A stretch of 64,000 bases of DNA from a virus (IMGVR_UViG_3300016478_000063:24800-88799); one strand, 5' to 3'. Positions 38,901 to 47,845 are shown, counted from the stretch's first letter. Notes: a model not told the origin generated them from the sequence alone. Translations and numbers: made by a program.

Positions 38901-39158
38901 ATTCTGCTTATTTACAACAAAATTATCAACAGGGAACCTAACTCTACGACTTACTTCATTAAACGCTCTCTGAACATCGAATTGAAGTCTGTTAGTGTTG
39001 AATGTGAAGTTTATGTTTAACTTCCCACTCTTTGCCATCCTTTTCTGGAAGTCCATTAGGCGTTTTTCAATAGACTTCAGATAGGTATCAACTTGTTTAA
39101 TCTGACCTTTATCTACTCGCAGGGCAACGCGTGCGAAATAGCTGGAAATAGCTACCAT
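35917..39158 (-). CDS. tape measure protein, three exons: 39158-38346, 38050-37994, 37008-35917 (653 aa spliced)
   Basis: Joining restores ALSQMLG|KGVLSMEEVRRQMAESMPG|TMDVFA, the conserved tape-measure motif; exon lengths 813, 57 and 1092 nt are all in frame. Confidence 0.9.
37113..37826 (-). CDS. intron-encoded HNH homing endonuclease
   Basis: YVHRAVALVF...VNHIDSNRTNNSIGNLEWVT; C-terminal HTH-like repeats; last codons run into the intron core. Confidence 0.88.
   Translation of the reverse strand: MFYVVPNYEFAEVNELGQIRSSFTKSIYKPFKDKDGYFRCKVWDGSKLRGIYVHRAVALVFVPNPSNKPFVNHIDSNRTNNSIGNLEWVTAQENSTHGVEAGNFPKAEDAFVSTYTNGEIMTVCQMLVDGFNCREISRKTGVNLSVVYSVKSRRTWQEVSKDFNFSKTKPKITDDLVLKILELIENNLSITDIVDCMNHPRVNRHTVSNIKAGKTFKHLRVTFNDQSSDVASSEAKR
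37897..37924 (-). promoter_or_regulatory. promoter inside the P5 extension of TMP-I2
   Basis: TTGCAT-16 bp-TACACT with extended -10 TG. Confidence 0.5.
38051..38345 (-). mobile_element. group I intron TMP-I1 (295 nt, ORF-less)
   Basis: P1 TTGGGT|...GCTCAA; P4 TGCTG/CAGCA; P3 CCTAC/GTAGG; P7 GACCA/TGGTC; ends GAACATAAACG. Confidence 0.92.
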
Positions 39159-39162
39159 TCAA

Positions 39163-39456
39163 CTATCCTTTATTGTTTGCACTCTTTTGTGCTTGTTTGG
39201 ATTGTTGAGCCTTTTGTGCTTCTTCTTTCATCGTTTCTTGAGCATCCATAATCTCAATGAAATCATAAAAATCATCTATAGAATACAAGTGCTCAAGTTC
39301 ATGTTTGGTGCAAAGTCTAGGCTCATATGTCAAAAGACGCATCACTTGGAAGTCTTGACTAAACTCATCAGTGAGCCTTTGCATTTCCTCTGTTCTCACT
39401 ACCGCTGAAGCAGATTTACTCTTGCTTACTCTTCGGTAGCGTTTTCTTCCAAAGGG
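39163..39456 (-). CDS. tail assembly chaperone frameshift extension (gpT-like)
   Basis: The -1 frame is open from the slippery site through the 78 aa ORF; fusion about 199 aa. Confidence 0.75.
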   Translation of the reverse strand, partial: PFGRKRYRRVSKSKSASAVVRTEEMQRLTDEFSQDFQVMRLLTYEPRLCTKHELEHLYSIDDFYDFIEIMDAQETMKEEAQKAQQSKQAQKSANNKG

Positions 39457-39761
39457 TCGGCAAAATTGTACTCCAAGATCATAGCAAGTAGTTGGAAAAT
39501 TTCAGTATACTTACCTGCAAAGTGGTTATCAAAAGTCTTTTGATCAAATGCCATACTCCCTTTTGAGCAACCAAGAGAAATAATCTTGAATACTTGATCT
39601 GGATTCAGTGCCATCACGTTAATACCATCTTCCGTAAACAGACCGGCATCATGAATGTCTTTTTGAACACTTAAACCAGCAAGAGCACGAAACTTCTTCA
39701 GATTGTAAATCTCACCACCAACTTCTACTTCCTTGGTTTGGAAGGAATTTAGATTACCCAT
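39426..39761 (-). CDS. tail assembly chaperone (gpG-like)
   Basis: Lies between tube genes and tape measure; 111 aa. Confidence 0.75.
   Translation of the reverse strand: MGNLNSFQTKEVEVGGEIYNLKKFRALAGLSVQKDIHDAGLFTEDGINVMALNPDQVFKIISLGCSKGSMAFDQKTFDNHFAGKYTEIFQLLAMILEYNFADPLEENATEE
39450..39456 (-). other. -1 ribosomal frameshift slippery site C CCT TTG
   Basis: X XXY YYZ heptamer in the correct phase (GAC CCT TTG). Confidence 0.75.
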
Positions 39762-39765
39762 TTAT

Positions 39766-40780
39766 TTATTCCTCAGAATTGAAAATAACCCCTCCAAACG
39801 AGGAGTAAATTTGTTTTATTTTGTCTATATTAAAACTAAAAAGTCGTCTCTGTGTAGCCGTCTGGCATTTCACTTCTAAGAAGAACGCCACACTCCAACT
39901 TTTTCTTACATGCTCTTTCGGCATTTTTACAAGATTCAACGTCAGGAAACTTATATGTTAAATAATTTTTTATTTTGTATATTGACCTAGAGTTTTGTCC
40001 TTTAATTCTCTGCCTACTATCCCTTGCAATACCAAACTTTATGGCTACAATACTTTCCGTAGAATCCATAACGAGATTAATATAAGCCTCTTGTTGTCTC
40101 ATCGGAGAGCATGCACAAGGTCTGTGACCTTTTCTTAAATCACCACTTATGGACTCTCCTACTTCACCGCATACTGGGCACAATGTATTCCAGTAGGCAC
40201 GCCAACCCAGATTATTTAGTCTGTCACTTCTCCAGAACTTGGTGTCGGGGTGGAAAGCTCCTGTATCTAAAAAGGCTGTAATCATTACATTATCAGGCGT
40301 CTTCTTTACTTCCTTCATATATTCGCGACGACATTCAGGGCAGCCTGTATCGTTATTAAGTAAATTACCAATTACCCCACTACTCCACTCTCCGTGTTCA
40401 TCACAAACCATCTTGAGTTTGGTTTTCCTACCACACCACTCCCCCATAAAACCTAGAAACTTGTAACCAAGTTCTTCAGCTTTACGTGAACACAACACAG
40501 CATATTGTTCCACAGACCGCCTAGGTGCTTTACTGCAACCGCAAGGAAGTTGTTTTGCTTTGAGAAGTTTTCTTTTTGAACTCTTAAAGTACCCTTCACC
40601 AAACAACTCAGTGTCTTTACAACAAAGTTCACACTTTACTATATAGTATTTATTATTTCCTGTTCTACCACTCCAACCTATAACAGTTAGCTGATTATCC
40701 TTCCCAAACCTAGGCTTACTCAAAGACCATTCGTCTTGTTGTAGTCCGTATTCGGGGTCAATTACATCTTCTAAATTCAT
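39766..40780 (-). pseudogene. Zn-ribbon + T5orf172/GIY-YIG-like homing endonuclease with a +1 frameshift near its 3' end
   Basis: CxxC repeats; IKFGIA...R...GYTET; ORF stops at TTT TAG (39836) while the +1 frame continues SFNIDKIKQIYSSFGGV. Confidence 0.6.
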
Positions 40781-40808
40781 AATATCTCCTATATAAAATT
40801 AAAAGAAT

Positions 40809-40837
40809 ATTATACAGGAAGATTAAACATCTGTAAA
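40809..40837 (-). promoter_or_regulatory. sigma70 promoter plus SD-sequestering hairpin
   Basis: TTTACA-17 bp-TATAAT; TCCTGTATAA (40819-40810) pairs with TTATATAGGA (40796-40787). Confidence 0.7.
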
Positions 40838-40840
40838 GAC

Positions 40841-41353
40841 TTAAAAAATACCACTAACCGCATCACTCACTGTAGAAAGACCATCACCAACAAAAGCTGT
40901 GACTTTATTAAACAGTGAATTTTGTACTTCACTATTACCACCGATGTTCCAATCTGCTTGACTGGATAGGCAATAAATAGTCCAAACACGGTATTCAAAT
41001 TGACCACTAAAGGTGGTCTGTGGAAAGTCAACAATAAACGCTTCATCACTATGAAACAAAGTTGATCCGCTTCCGTCTTTTAGTGTAAGACTAATACGTC
41101 CCGTACCAAGTCTTAAATCTTCTCTGTGAATCTCTGACATTAAGTCGTTGGCATCACCAGTCTGTAGGCAGGAAAATGATATAGTGGCAGATGTATCACT
41201 GTTTTTATAACGAGTGTTCTTGCCCCTAATCCCTCTTACAGCGGTGTAGCCGGGTTGATTCTTTTGTAAAGAGATTGTGTCCCATCCTGACAATGGGTAT
41301 CCACCAAATGTGAGCGTAACTTGTGTGGGACTGTATGTTGCTACATTAAACAT
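40841..41353 (-). CDS. tail tube-like protein (paralog 3)
   Basis: VATYSPTQVTLTFGG; DUF3277-like pattern shared with the two upstream genes. Confidence 0.7.
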   Translation of the reverse strand: MFNVATYSPTQVTLTFGGYPLSGWDTISLQKNQPGYTAVRGIRGKNTRYKNSDTSATISFSCLQTGDANDLMSEIHREDLRLGTGRISLTLKDGSGSTLFHSDEAFIVDFPQTTFSGQFEYRVWTIYCLSSQADWNIGGNSEVQNSLFNKVTAFVGDGLSTVSDAVSGIF

Positions 41354-41852
41354 TTAGGATTCCTCCGATAATGGGGGCGGCTGCCGTCACTGTATTTACG
41401 AGGTCATCCAATAAACCAGCAGGTTCTACGTTACTGCCAATGTTGCTAATGGCTTGAGAGCTTCGTAGTGTCCATGTTCTTGTGCTGATTTGATCTGAAA
41501 ATTCTTGGTCTGGTTCTGCTTCAATCCATGTGGACGTTGAGAAGAAGAACGAAGTACCTTTAACATCTTTAATCAATAAAGGGAAAATCCCTTTCAATAA
41601 CGTCTGATCTAACAACGACAATTTAGTTAGCACATCGTTACTCTCTGCCGCACTATGTAGTGTAAGAGTGATTGTATAAGTCTGATCGTTGTTGTATAAT
41701 CTAGCAACCTGACCATCACTGGTTCTCTGTGCCGAGAAAGGCTGCATATTTTTTGAGATAGTGACAAAACTGCCCGCCGCTAACCCCGTAATAGGGACAA
41801 TCCCTGCTACAAGGATATTTACATCTTCAGGACTGTATGTACTTAATTTCAT
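41346..41852 (-). CDS. tail tube-like protein (paralog 2)
   Basis: LSTYSPEDVNILVAG...ITLTLHSAAESNDVL. Confidence 0.72.
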   Translation of the reverse strand: MKLSTYSPEDVNILVAGIVPITGLAAGSFVTISKNMQPFSAQRTSDGQVARLYNNDQTYTITLTLHSAAESNDVLTKLSLLDQTLLKGIFPLLIKDVKGTSFFFSTSTWIEAEPDQEFSDQISTRTWTLRSSQAISNIGSNVEPAGLLDDLVNTVTAAAPIIGGILNV

Positions 41853-41872
41853 TAAGAGCTATCCTTGTAAGG

Positions 41873-41897
41873 AAAGGGCGCTCAAAAGAACGCCCTA
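41873..41897 (-). terminator. terminator after the major tube gene
   Basis: AGGGCG/CGCCCT stem followed by TTCCTT. Confidence 0.5.
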
Positions 41898-41905
41898 TTT
41901 GTCAC

Positions 41906-42430
41906 TTATTTCCAGCGATCTGCTACAGTACCACCAAGCTGACCAAGAGCAGCAGCACCATCAGTGCTGAACTTACCATTGCCGCCAGTAACACCTTGCA
42001 GGGAAACACACTGAAGACCCCAGTCACGATTCTCAATACCAGTGCTGAAAGAGCGGTCTGGTTCAATTGAGATAAACGCTTGAGGGCTGAAGTACAGACT
42101 ACGGCCAGTGTTGTCTTTGATAGTTAGGCTGAACAACCAAGTGTTGTCACGAGCTTGCTCATCATTAGCCAGAAGCTGAGAAAGAACATCGTTACTTTCA
42201 GAGGCTTGATGCAGGCTCACTGTAACAGTGGAAGCCTTGTTAGCACGAATAACACGGGCGTTGCTCAGATCACTACCTACATACAAAGTAGAAGCTGGAA
42301 CTTCGCGTGTGATGTTAATAAAAGACCCATCAGCGTAGCCACTAATTACATGGCTAAAGCTATCATTTGCGAGGACAATAACAACATCCTCGGGGCTATA
42401 AGTTGAAAGAATCTCTGTCATGGAAGCCAT
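41906..42430 (-). CDS. major tail tube protein
   Basis: LSTYSPEDVVIVL...VTVSLHQASESNDVL; directly follows the sheath gene. Confidence 0.78.
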   Translation of the reverse strand: MASMTEILSTYSPEDVVIVLANDSFSHVISGYADGSFINITREVPASTLYVGSDLSNARVIRANKASTVTVSLHQASESNDVLSQLLANDEQARDNTWLFSLTIKDNTGRSLYFSPQAFISIEPDRSFSTGIENRDWGLQCVSLQGVTGGNGKFSTDGAAALGQLGGTVADRWK

Positions 42431-42446
42431 TTATATCTCTCCTTGA

Positions 42447-44818
42447 TCACACACGGGCTACGCCACGGATGATGACTTTACGAACCGAGCCTGCAAGCCG
42501 GAACGCGATAAGGAAGTCACCCATCAGCCGTTGAGCACGTTGAACTTCTGGAATTGCCAGAGGATCAGGAGCTACTACCGTATATGGAGTGTCGTCAGCA
42601 ATACCACCATTAGCCACGCCTTGACTCATGACAGTGCGAATGTCATTTTCAATAATTGTGGCCCCGGTGCGCGTGAATGGGATTTTTTTCACATTAACCA
42701 TGCGGAAAAACACAGATTCTTCCAAACGAGTGATCAGCCACAGGATGAATACTGATTCCGTTTATGTTCACACAAGATCGTTACTCTTGTACTGCTTTAG
42801 GTTTCGTTGTCCACCCATTTTTATTTCCTTTGCACCAGCTCTCAACAATGTAAGGCTCTACATTACCGTAATACTTTGCTGCAAAGATAGGGCTTTCAAA
42901 CTCTAAACCTTCTGGAGATATGAATATACTTTTACTTCTTGAAGAGGTCATGTGCAGGAACTCTTCATTTCTTTCTGCATTTATAATCAAAGAGTCACTA
43001 AACTCTCTTGAAACCTGTTTCTTCTTTTCTGCGCTCGCTTGCACTGCTTTAAGCATCTGAGCATACCCTTTCTCAGTGGCTCTGTATTCAATCATTTGAG
43101 CGCGTTTAATTTCCTTCCATTCCTCAGAACGTTTTTGACCTGTCCACGCTTCTCTTGCAAGTTTTGCATACTCTTTGATAAGACCAGAGGAAACTTTATA
43201 ATCGTTTAGCTCTTTAAGTTTCCTTTGCCGCTCTGGTGTGTTAGCAAGCAACCTTATCCTTTCTAATAAACCAGACTCAACATTAGCTAAACCTCTAGCT
43301 ACCTTCTGATCCACTGTTTGTCCACGCATCATTACCCAAGCCATATAGTCAGACGCCCTTTTATACGCCTTCCACAACAACCTGTGTGCAAAAACATGCT
43401 GTCTGTAATCTAACCTTATAAGGTTTTCTTTTGAATCATCGCCTCCTGCATGGCGAGGAATGATGTGGTGGACTTCTGTATAAGTTCCTTCATCAAACAC
43501 TTGATTCTTGTATTTTTCTATAAATGCAAAATAAAGTTTTTCGTAATTCATTGTATCTCCAAGCTACTTACGCTTTCACGTAAGACCAGACTATATCTTC
43601 ACCTTTCTTTTCAAGTTAAGGTGCTCCCCATTTCGCCTCACTTGAGGCTACGGCATCACTGCCTAGTCGTTGAACCTTCCCCTCATCAGGGCTTGGCTGC
43701 TGATTGCCACATAATATGTTGTTTTCAAACATTCACGCTTAACTATATCTCAAGTTTACGTTGTAGTCAACATATCTTCGCGGGTTTCCAGCAATTAAAG
43801 GAGTTATTCAAAAGTCATTTCTGACTTAGGCGACTTGTTTCAAATCGATAGGAGCACCACTAACCATGTTACCATCTTGGAAAACTTCAACACCAGCTTT
43901 ACGGGTATAGAAGTTGCAGTTTTTACTACGCAGGTTAGTTTTCTGAGTCTCGGTTAGACGATCAACAGTAATACCAGTTGCAGTTTTTAGGTTCCAATCA
44001 TTAGAACCCGGAACTTCTGGGAGTTGGCTACCAATCCACGCACATTCAGGGTACTGAGTGGCTGCATTCTTACTGTAGATAAGGAATGTCTGGTCATAGT
44101 TAAGATCACTAAGAGCCGTGGCTACGTCAGTGATTTGAGTGGTAGGAACATCTGCATCAGCAGTTGCGGCACCATAAATCTTACGGCGAGCTTGAATGGC
44201 AGCAGCAATCTCAAGAATGTCAGCTTTAACGCGAGTCTCGGTAGTCAAAGCAAACCACTGATCATTTACATCTTCAACAGCATCAATCGTGTCTGTCCAA
44301 GTCTCTGTAGGTGCCGCATCTTGCTTAACAAGGTTAGAAGATACTCGTACTGACCAATCGCTACCCGGAGTAGCAGGAGCAATAGTAAGACTGCCGGTGT
44401 TGTCTGTTACGTTAATACCTGCAACAGTACCAATAGTCAGATCAAGACCAGTTGCAATTTCATCTGCTGTAGCATTGGCATCTGAAGTGTAGCTATAGTC
44501 CACTTCATTGATGGTTACAACATAGGTTGCATTATTAGCCACTGTTGGTGTGATAGTGACGCTATCAACTTGGCGACGGCCTACTACAACAGAAGCAGGT
44601 TTTAGTTCTTGACCAAATAAGGTCTGAACCATTTTATATACAACATCTGAACTATCGAAATCTTCTGCAATACCTGTAATACTTGTGTATACACGAGCAC
44701 GCTCAGGGAAGTTTGTAAACGCAGCCATTACACATGGAATGTCAAAGCTGGCTGTATCAATAGCAGACGTTTGTTTGTCGATAAATACCTCGACAACATC
44801 TGACAAGTTATTTGCCAT
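42447..44818 (-). CDS. tail sheath protein, two exons: 44818-43844 and 42758-42447 (428 aa spliced)
   Basis: Joining gives GAPID|ESVFILWLITRLEESVF, the conserved sheath ID..W motif, then KIPFTRTG; exons of 975 and 312 nt are in frame. Confidence 0.9.
42781..43551 (-). CDS. intron-encoded HNH homing endonuclease (MobE-like N-terminus)
   Basis: EVHHIIPRHAGGDDSKENLIRL..RQHVFAHRLLWKAY. Confidence 0.85.
   Translation of the reverse strand: MNYEKLYFAFIEKYKNQVFDEGTYTEVHHIIPRHAGGDDSKENLIRLDYRQHVFAHRLLWKAYKRASDYMAWVMMRGQTVDQKVARGLANVESGLLERIRLLANTPERQRKLKELNDYKVSSGLIKEYAKLAREAWTGQKRSEEWKEIKRAQMIEYRATEKGYAQMLKAVQASAEKKKQVSREFSDSLIINAERNEEFLHMTSSRSKSIFISPEGLEFESPIFAAKYYGNVEPYIVESWCKGNKNGWTTKPKAVQE
43742..43770 (-). 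promoter_or_regulatory. promoter inside the P5 extension of the sheath intron
   Basis: TTGACT-17 bp-TATAGT. Confidence 0.65.
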
Positions 44819-44830
44819 TAGGCTTCCTCT

Positions 44831-45382
44831 TTATGGAGTTGGTTGTGGGAGTGGAGGGACTGTAATAATCTCACCAGAGTTAACATCGACAATAGATACA
44901 TGTTCCACCCAATCAATCTCTTGTTTGGTGTAAACCATGTATGAAAATGTAACGTCAACATTGAAAAACTCTACCCATTGCGTATCTCGTTTTTGGGGAG
45001 AGCGTCTTAGCCCACTCTTTCGGATTGGAGCCAAGTGATTCTTTTGATACGCTTCTCTTACTACAACACTACCTAAGATAGAGTTGTGAAATTCTGTACC
45101 CATATCTGGAGCATCAGTACCCGCAAAGGTGAACTGAATAACTGCTTCATAATGGTTTTTGTAAATCAGATTCTTCTTTGGAACTGAATCATCTGTGAAT
45201 GTTGCTTCTTCTTTTCTACCAACTTGGTTGATATTTACGATTTGAACTACAACATAGCTTGAAGATGGTTCGGGTGCATTTTGGTGAGAATAGATAACAG
45301 GTGTAGTGCTATATCCTGCTTGCTTTAGAGCTTCAACTGTTCCAAGTCTTACAGCATTTCTCATACTTGAATAAATAGACAT
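44831..45382 (-). CDS. tail terminator/neck protein
   Basis: Position directly upstream of the sheath; IYSHQNAPEP..SYVVVQI. Confidence 0.6.
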   Translation of the reverse strand: MSIYSSMRNAVRLGTVEALKQAGYSTTPVIYSHQNAPEPSSSYVVVQIVNINQVGRKEEATFTDDSVPKKNLIYKNHYEAVIQFTFAGTDAPDMGTEFHNSILGSVVVREAYQKNHLAPIRKSGLRRSPQKRDTQWVEFFNVDVTFSYMVYTKQEIDWVEHVSIVDVNSGEIITVPPLPQPTP

Positions 45383-45392
45383 TTAGGATTCC

Positions 45393-45878
45393 TTATAAGT
45401 CACGGCCATCAGCCACTCGATATTCAACAGAATCCAGCATCTTGCCTGTATCAATCAGAGGATTGTTCACGCCACCTTTCAATTCGATAGTTCTTTCTGC
45501 GTTCATTGGGATAGACCACATTTCAATTTCTTTCTGCATGATCTGAACAAAAACAGGGCCGAGTTTGTGATACAACTGGTTCCAAGACATTTGACCAAGA
45601 GCAACAGCACTAACCATCCCTTTTACTTGAGGGGTGATCCATTCAAGTTTTTCAATGTTTTTAATCATGAAGCCAGCACGCATGAATGGACGCATTGGAG
45701 GACCAAGCCCTTCTTCTTGAATCTTAGCAACGTAGGCTACAGGAAGGTTGTCATTTTCAGGGCCATAGTATTCATCAAAGAACCCAACATCCAAGGACTT
45801 GTAATTCCCTTTAAGTAGATTCTTTTTCATGGAATCCCAAACACGAGTATCTTTGATAAAGCCTGAGTTTCTTGCCAT
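45393..45878 (-). CDS. neck/tail completion protein
   Basis: VGFFDEYY...VAYVAKIQEEG...PPMRPFMR...NPLIDTGKMLDSVEYRV. Confidence 0.7.
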   Translation of the reverse strand: MARNSGFIKDTRVWDSMKKNLLKGNYKSLDVGFFDEYYGPENDNLPVAYVAKIQEEGLGPPMRPFMRAGFMIKNIEKLEWITPQVKGMVSAVALGQMSWNQLYHKLGPVFVQIMQKEIEMWSIPMNAERTIELKGGVNNPLIDTGKMLDSVEYRVADGRDL

Positions 45879-45889
45879 ATCAAATCCTC

Positions 45890-46261
45890 TTAGTTAGGTG
45901 TGCGTGGCTCTCTGGCAGCCATTGCACGATAATGGTCAAGAGTTCCCATCTGGTAACGCCTAACCTTCATCACTCGATACCAATCACCATTCCATTGAAA
46001 GCGATCTGCATCCCAACCCCCTGTACCTTCCTTAGTAGCTTTAATCTCAGAAACAGAGTAGATTTTGTACCACTCCTTGCTACGCTCAGATTCAGGGAAC
46101 AGCATGAGTTCTTCGTCTTTTACAGGTTGGATGTTTGCTTGGATAACTACATCTGATGTAGTAGCGTCTTGCCATACACCATCAACATAGCCACCTACTG
46201 TGGATGGTCTTTTAAGTGTGAGAGGGATTGTTTTGGTTAAGAGAAACTGTGGTTGTAGCAT
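45890..46261 (-). CDS. head closure/stopper protein
   Basis: G.YVDGVW...IQANIQP...L..PESER...D.FQWNG.WYRV. Confidence 0.65.
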   Translation of the reverse strand: MLQPQFLLTKTIPLTLKRPSTVGGYVDGVWQDATTSDVVIQANIQPVKDEELMLFPESERSKEWYKIYSVSEIKATKEGTGGWDADRFQWNGDWYRVMKVRRYQMGTLDHYRAMAAREPRTPN

Positions 46262-46274
46262 CTACCAAATCTCC

Positions 46275-46385
46275 TTAACACCCACAGGTATTTGAATTGA
46301 ATGGATCAGAATAAAATAAACCACTCCCATCACAAACTCTTACTCTTGTTAGAGAAGGACGAACATTATCTGGATTATTGTTATT
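46275..46385 (-). pseudogene. orphaned 3' end of the head-tail adaptor gene (not in ORF track)
   Basis: NNNNPDNVRPSLTRVRVCDGSGLFYSDPFNSNTCGC* versus the adaptor's NNANPDNIRPELTKIRVCSIDKTFFGC*; followed directly by the RBS of the next gene. Confidence 0.85.
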
Positions 46386-47397
46386 AGAACAAACACTTCT
46401 CTTCATGTTCTTTATACCTCTCATATTTTCTTTTTAGTTTAAAGTCAGAGTCTTCGTAAAGAATAGAAAGAATAGTCAATGCTTTTGAACCATAAACACC
46501 AATACGGTACAGGTCATTCCCTTTACTTTTAATTATTTTTGGAAGTTTTTCAAAAGTTACAAGGTTTTTACAAAAGTCTAAAAACTGCTCACAAATTATA
46601 GAACTTCCGCACAGAGTGACACAGGTAGTATTCTTAGGGTGACCAACATGGCCATCACCATCAATCACACCGCGCCAAAAGTGACGGTCGCTTAAAAATT
46701 CTTCGGGACAGACTTCCTTCATGGATTTTCTTGGAGTAAGACCTAAACTTCGTAAATCTGAAGATATATCATCGGATTTAAAATGCAATCTTGAGGATAG
46801 ATAAGTCTTTCCTGTCCTGCTGTCGAACCTAGAGTAATCTTTCACTTCATTCTTGAGGCACAGGAAATTCCTCAGTTCTTCAAGAATGTGTCGGTCGGTT
46901 TGCTTGAGTCTTATCTCAACAGTACCGTCATCCCATAGACAACCATCGGTTAGTAGTAATCCGTAGAAGTAAGACCTTTGCTCGGACGGTACACTAAAAG
47001 CTGCGTTATTCAGTCCGAATACAGCCTTCATTTTAATACCGAGGTTTGTATCCTTCCCAAACTTATTATGCAGTAAAGCAAGTACAGATTTGTAGTCTAT
47101 TTCTAACTTACTAGCTATCTCTGTAGAATTATACCCACTCTCCCACAAAGAGAGTATTTCTGGGAACAAAGACTCATGAATATTTCTAGAAAGTCTTTTA
47201 GTGTCAAGACGAAAATCTAAGAACCTTTCAAATATGTATGTATGAGGAACAGCAAAGTCTTTAGCTATACTTTGGAGTGTCTCGCCATCTCTGTACCTTA
47301 AATAACAACTCATCAACCAAGTTTCGCCGCCTAGCGCCTCAAATCTTGGTTTTGCCTTCTTACTGATTCCGACGTAACTTTTAACTTTGTATCCCAT
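46384..47397 (-). CDS. free-standing double-motif LAGLIDADG endonuclease
   Basis: YFYGLLLTDGCL and HFWRGVIDGDGHV motifs; N-terminal HTH repeats. Confidence 0.85.
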   Translation of the reverse strand: MGYKVKSYVGISKKAKPRFEALGGETWLMSCYLRYRDGETLQSIAKDFAVPHTYIFERFLDFRLDTKRLSRNIHESLFPEILSLWESGYNSTEIASKLEIDYKSVLALLHNKFGKDTNLGIKMKAVFGLNNAAFSVPSEQRSYFYGLLLTDGCLWDDGTVEIRLKQTDRHILEELRNFLCLKNEVKDYSRFDSRTGKTYLSSRLHFKSDDISSDLRSLGLTPRKSMKEVCPEEFLSDRHFWRGVIDGDGHVGHPKNTTCVTLCGSSIICEQFLDFCKNLVTFEKLPKIIKSKGNDLYRIGVYGSKALTILSILYEDSDFKLKRKYERYKEHEEKCLF

Positions 47398-47422
47398 TCA
47401 CAACCCCTTCTTTAAATATTAG

Positions 47423-47451
47423 ACATTAACAGCCAAAGAAGGTTTTGTCAA
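47423..47451 (-). promoter_or_regulatory. sigma70 promoter encoded in the adaptor's replacement 3' end
   Basis: TTGACA-17 bp-TAATGT; spacer CCTTCTTT pairs with the SD region AAAGAAGG. Confidence 0.6.
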
Positions 47452-47845
47452 TAGAGCATACTCTAATTTTAGTAAGTTCTGGACGGATGTTATCAGGATT
47501 AGCGTTGTTGGCTTCCCAATCAATTTTACTAATCCCAGCAGCATATGGCATAAGACCATTTGGCAGTGTTGCAGAACTTGTATCTTTAATTAGATTCTCA
47601 AGAGCTTTTAGGTATTGCGTAGAGAGATTTGACCATATTTCGATGTCACCTACCCTCTCGCGCGATGTCCAACCAGCTAACTGCATAGAAGCAGCAATAG
47701 CAGCAAGCCTTGCAGCTTGCATAACATTCCCACCAGTCATATCTAGGAATGCTTGAATTTCATTGTCTGTGAACAGTTGATAAAAAGGGCTACCTTCTGT
47801 ATCACCAATGAGCACCCTCACCTTTTCCACATCAGTCAATGCCAT
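47426..47845 (-). CDS. head-tail adaptor (head completion) protein
   Basis: VRVLIGDT...LFTDNEIQAFL...; position after the major capsid gene. Confidence 0.7.
   Translation of the reverse strand: MALTDVEKVRVLIGDTEGSPFYQLFTDNEIQAFLDMTGGNVMQAARLAAIAASMQLAGWTSRERVGDIEIWSNLSTQYLKALENLIKDTSSATLPNGLMPYAAGISKIDWEANNANPDNIRPELTKIRVCSIDKTFFGC

Larger units (their letters stand above)
42759..43843 (-). mobile_element. group I intron in the sheath gene (1085 nt, IA2-like) with HNH ORF in the P9 region
   Basis: P1 CGAT|...GTCG; P4 TGCTG/CAGCA; GGTTCAACGACTAG and GAAGATATAGTCTGG core; P7.1/P7.2 hairpins; ends GAACATAAACG. Confidence 0.93.
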
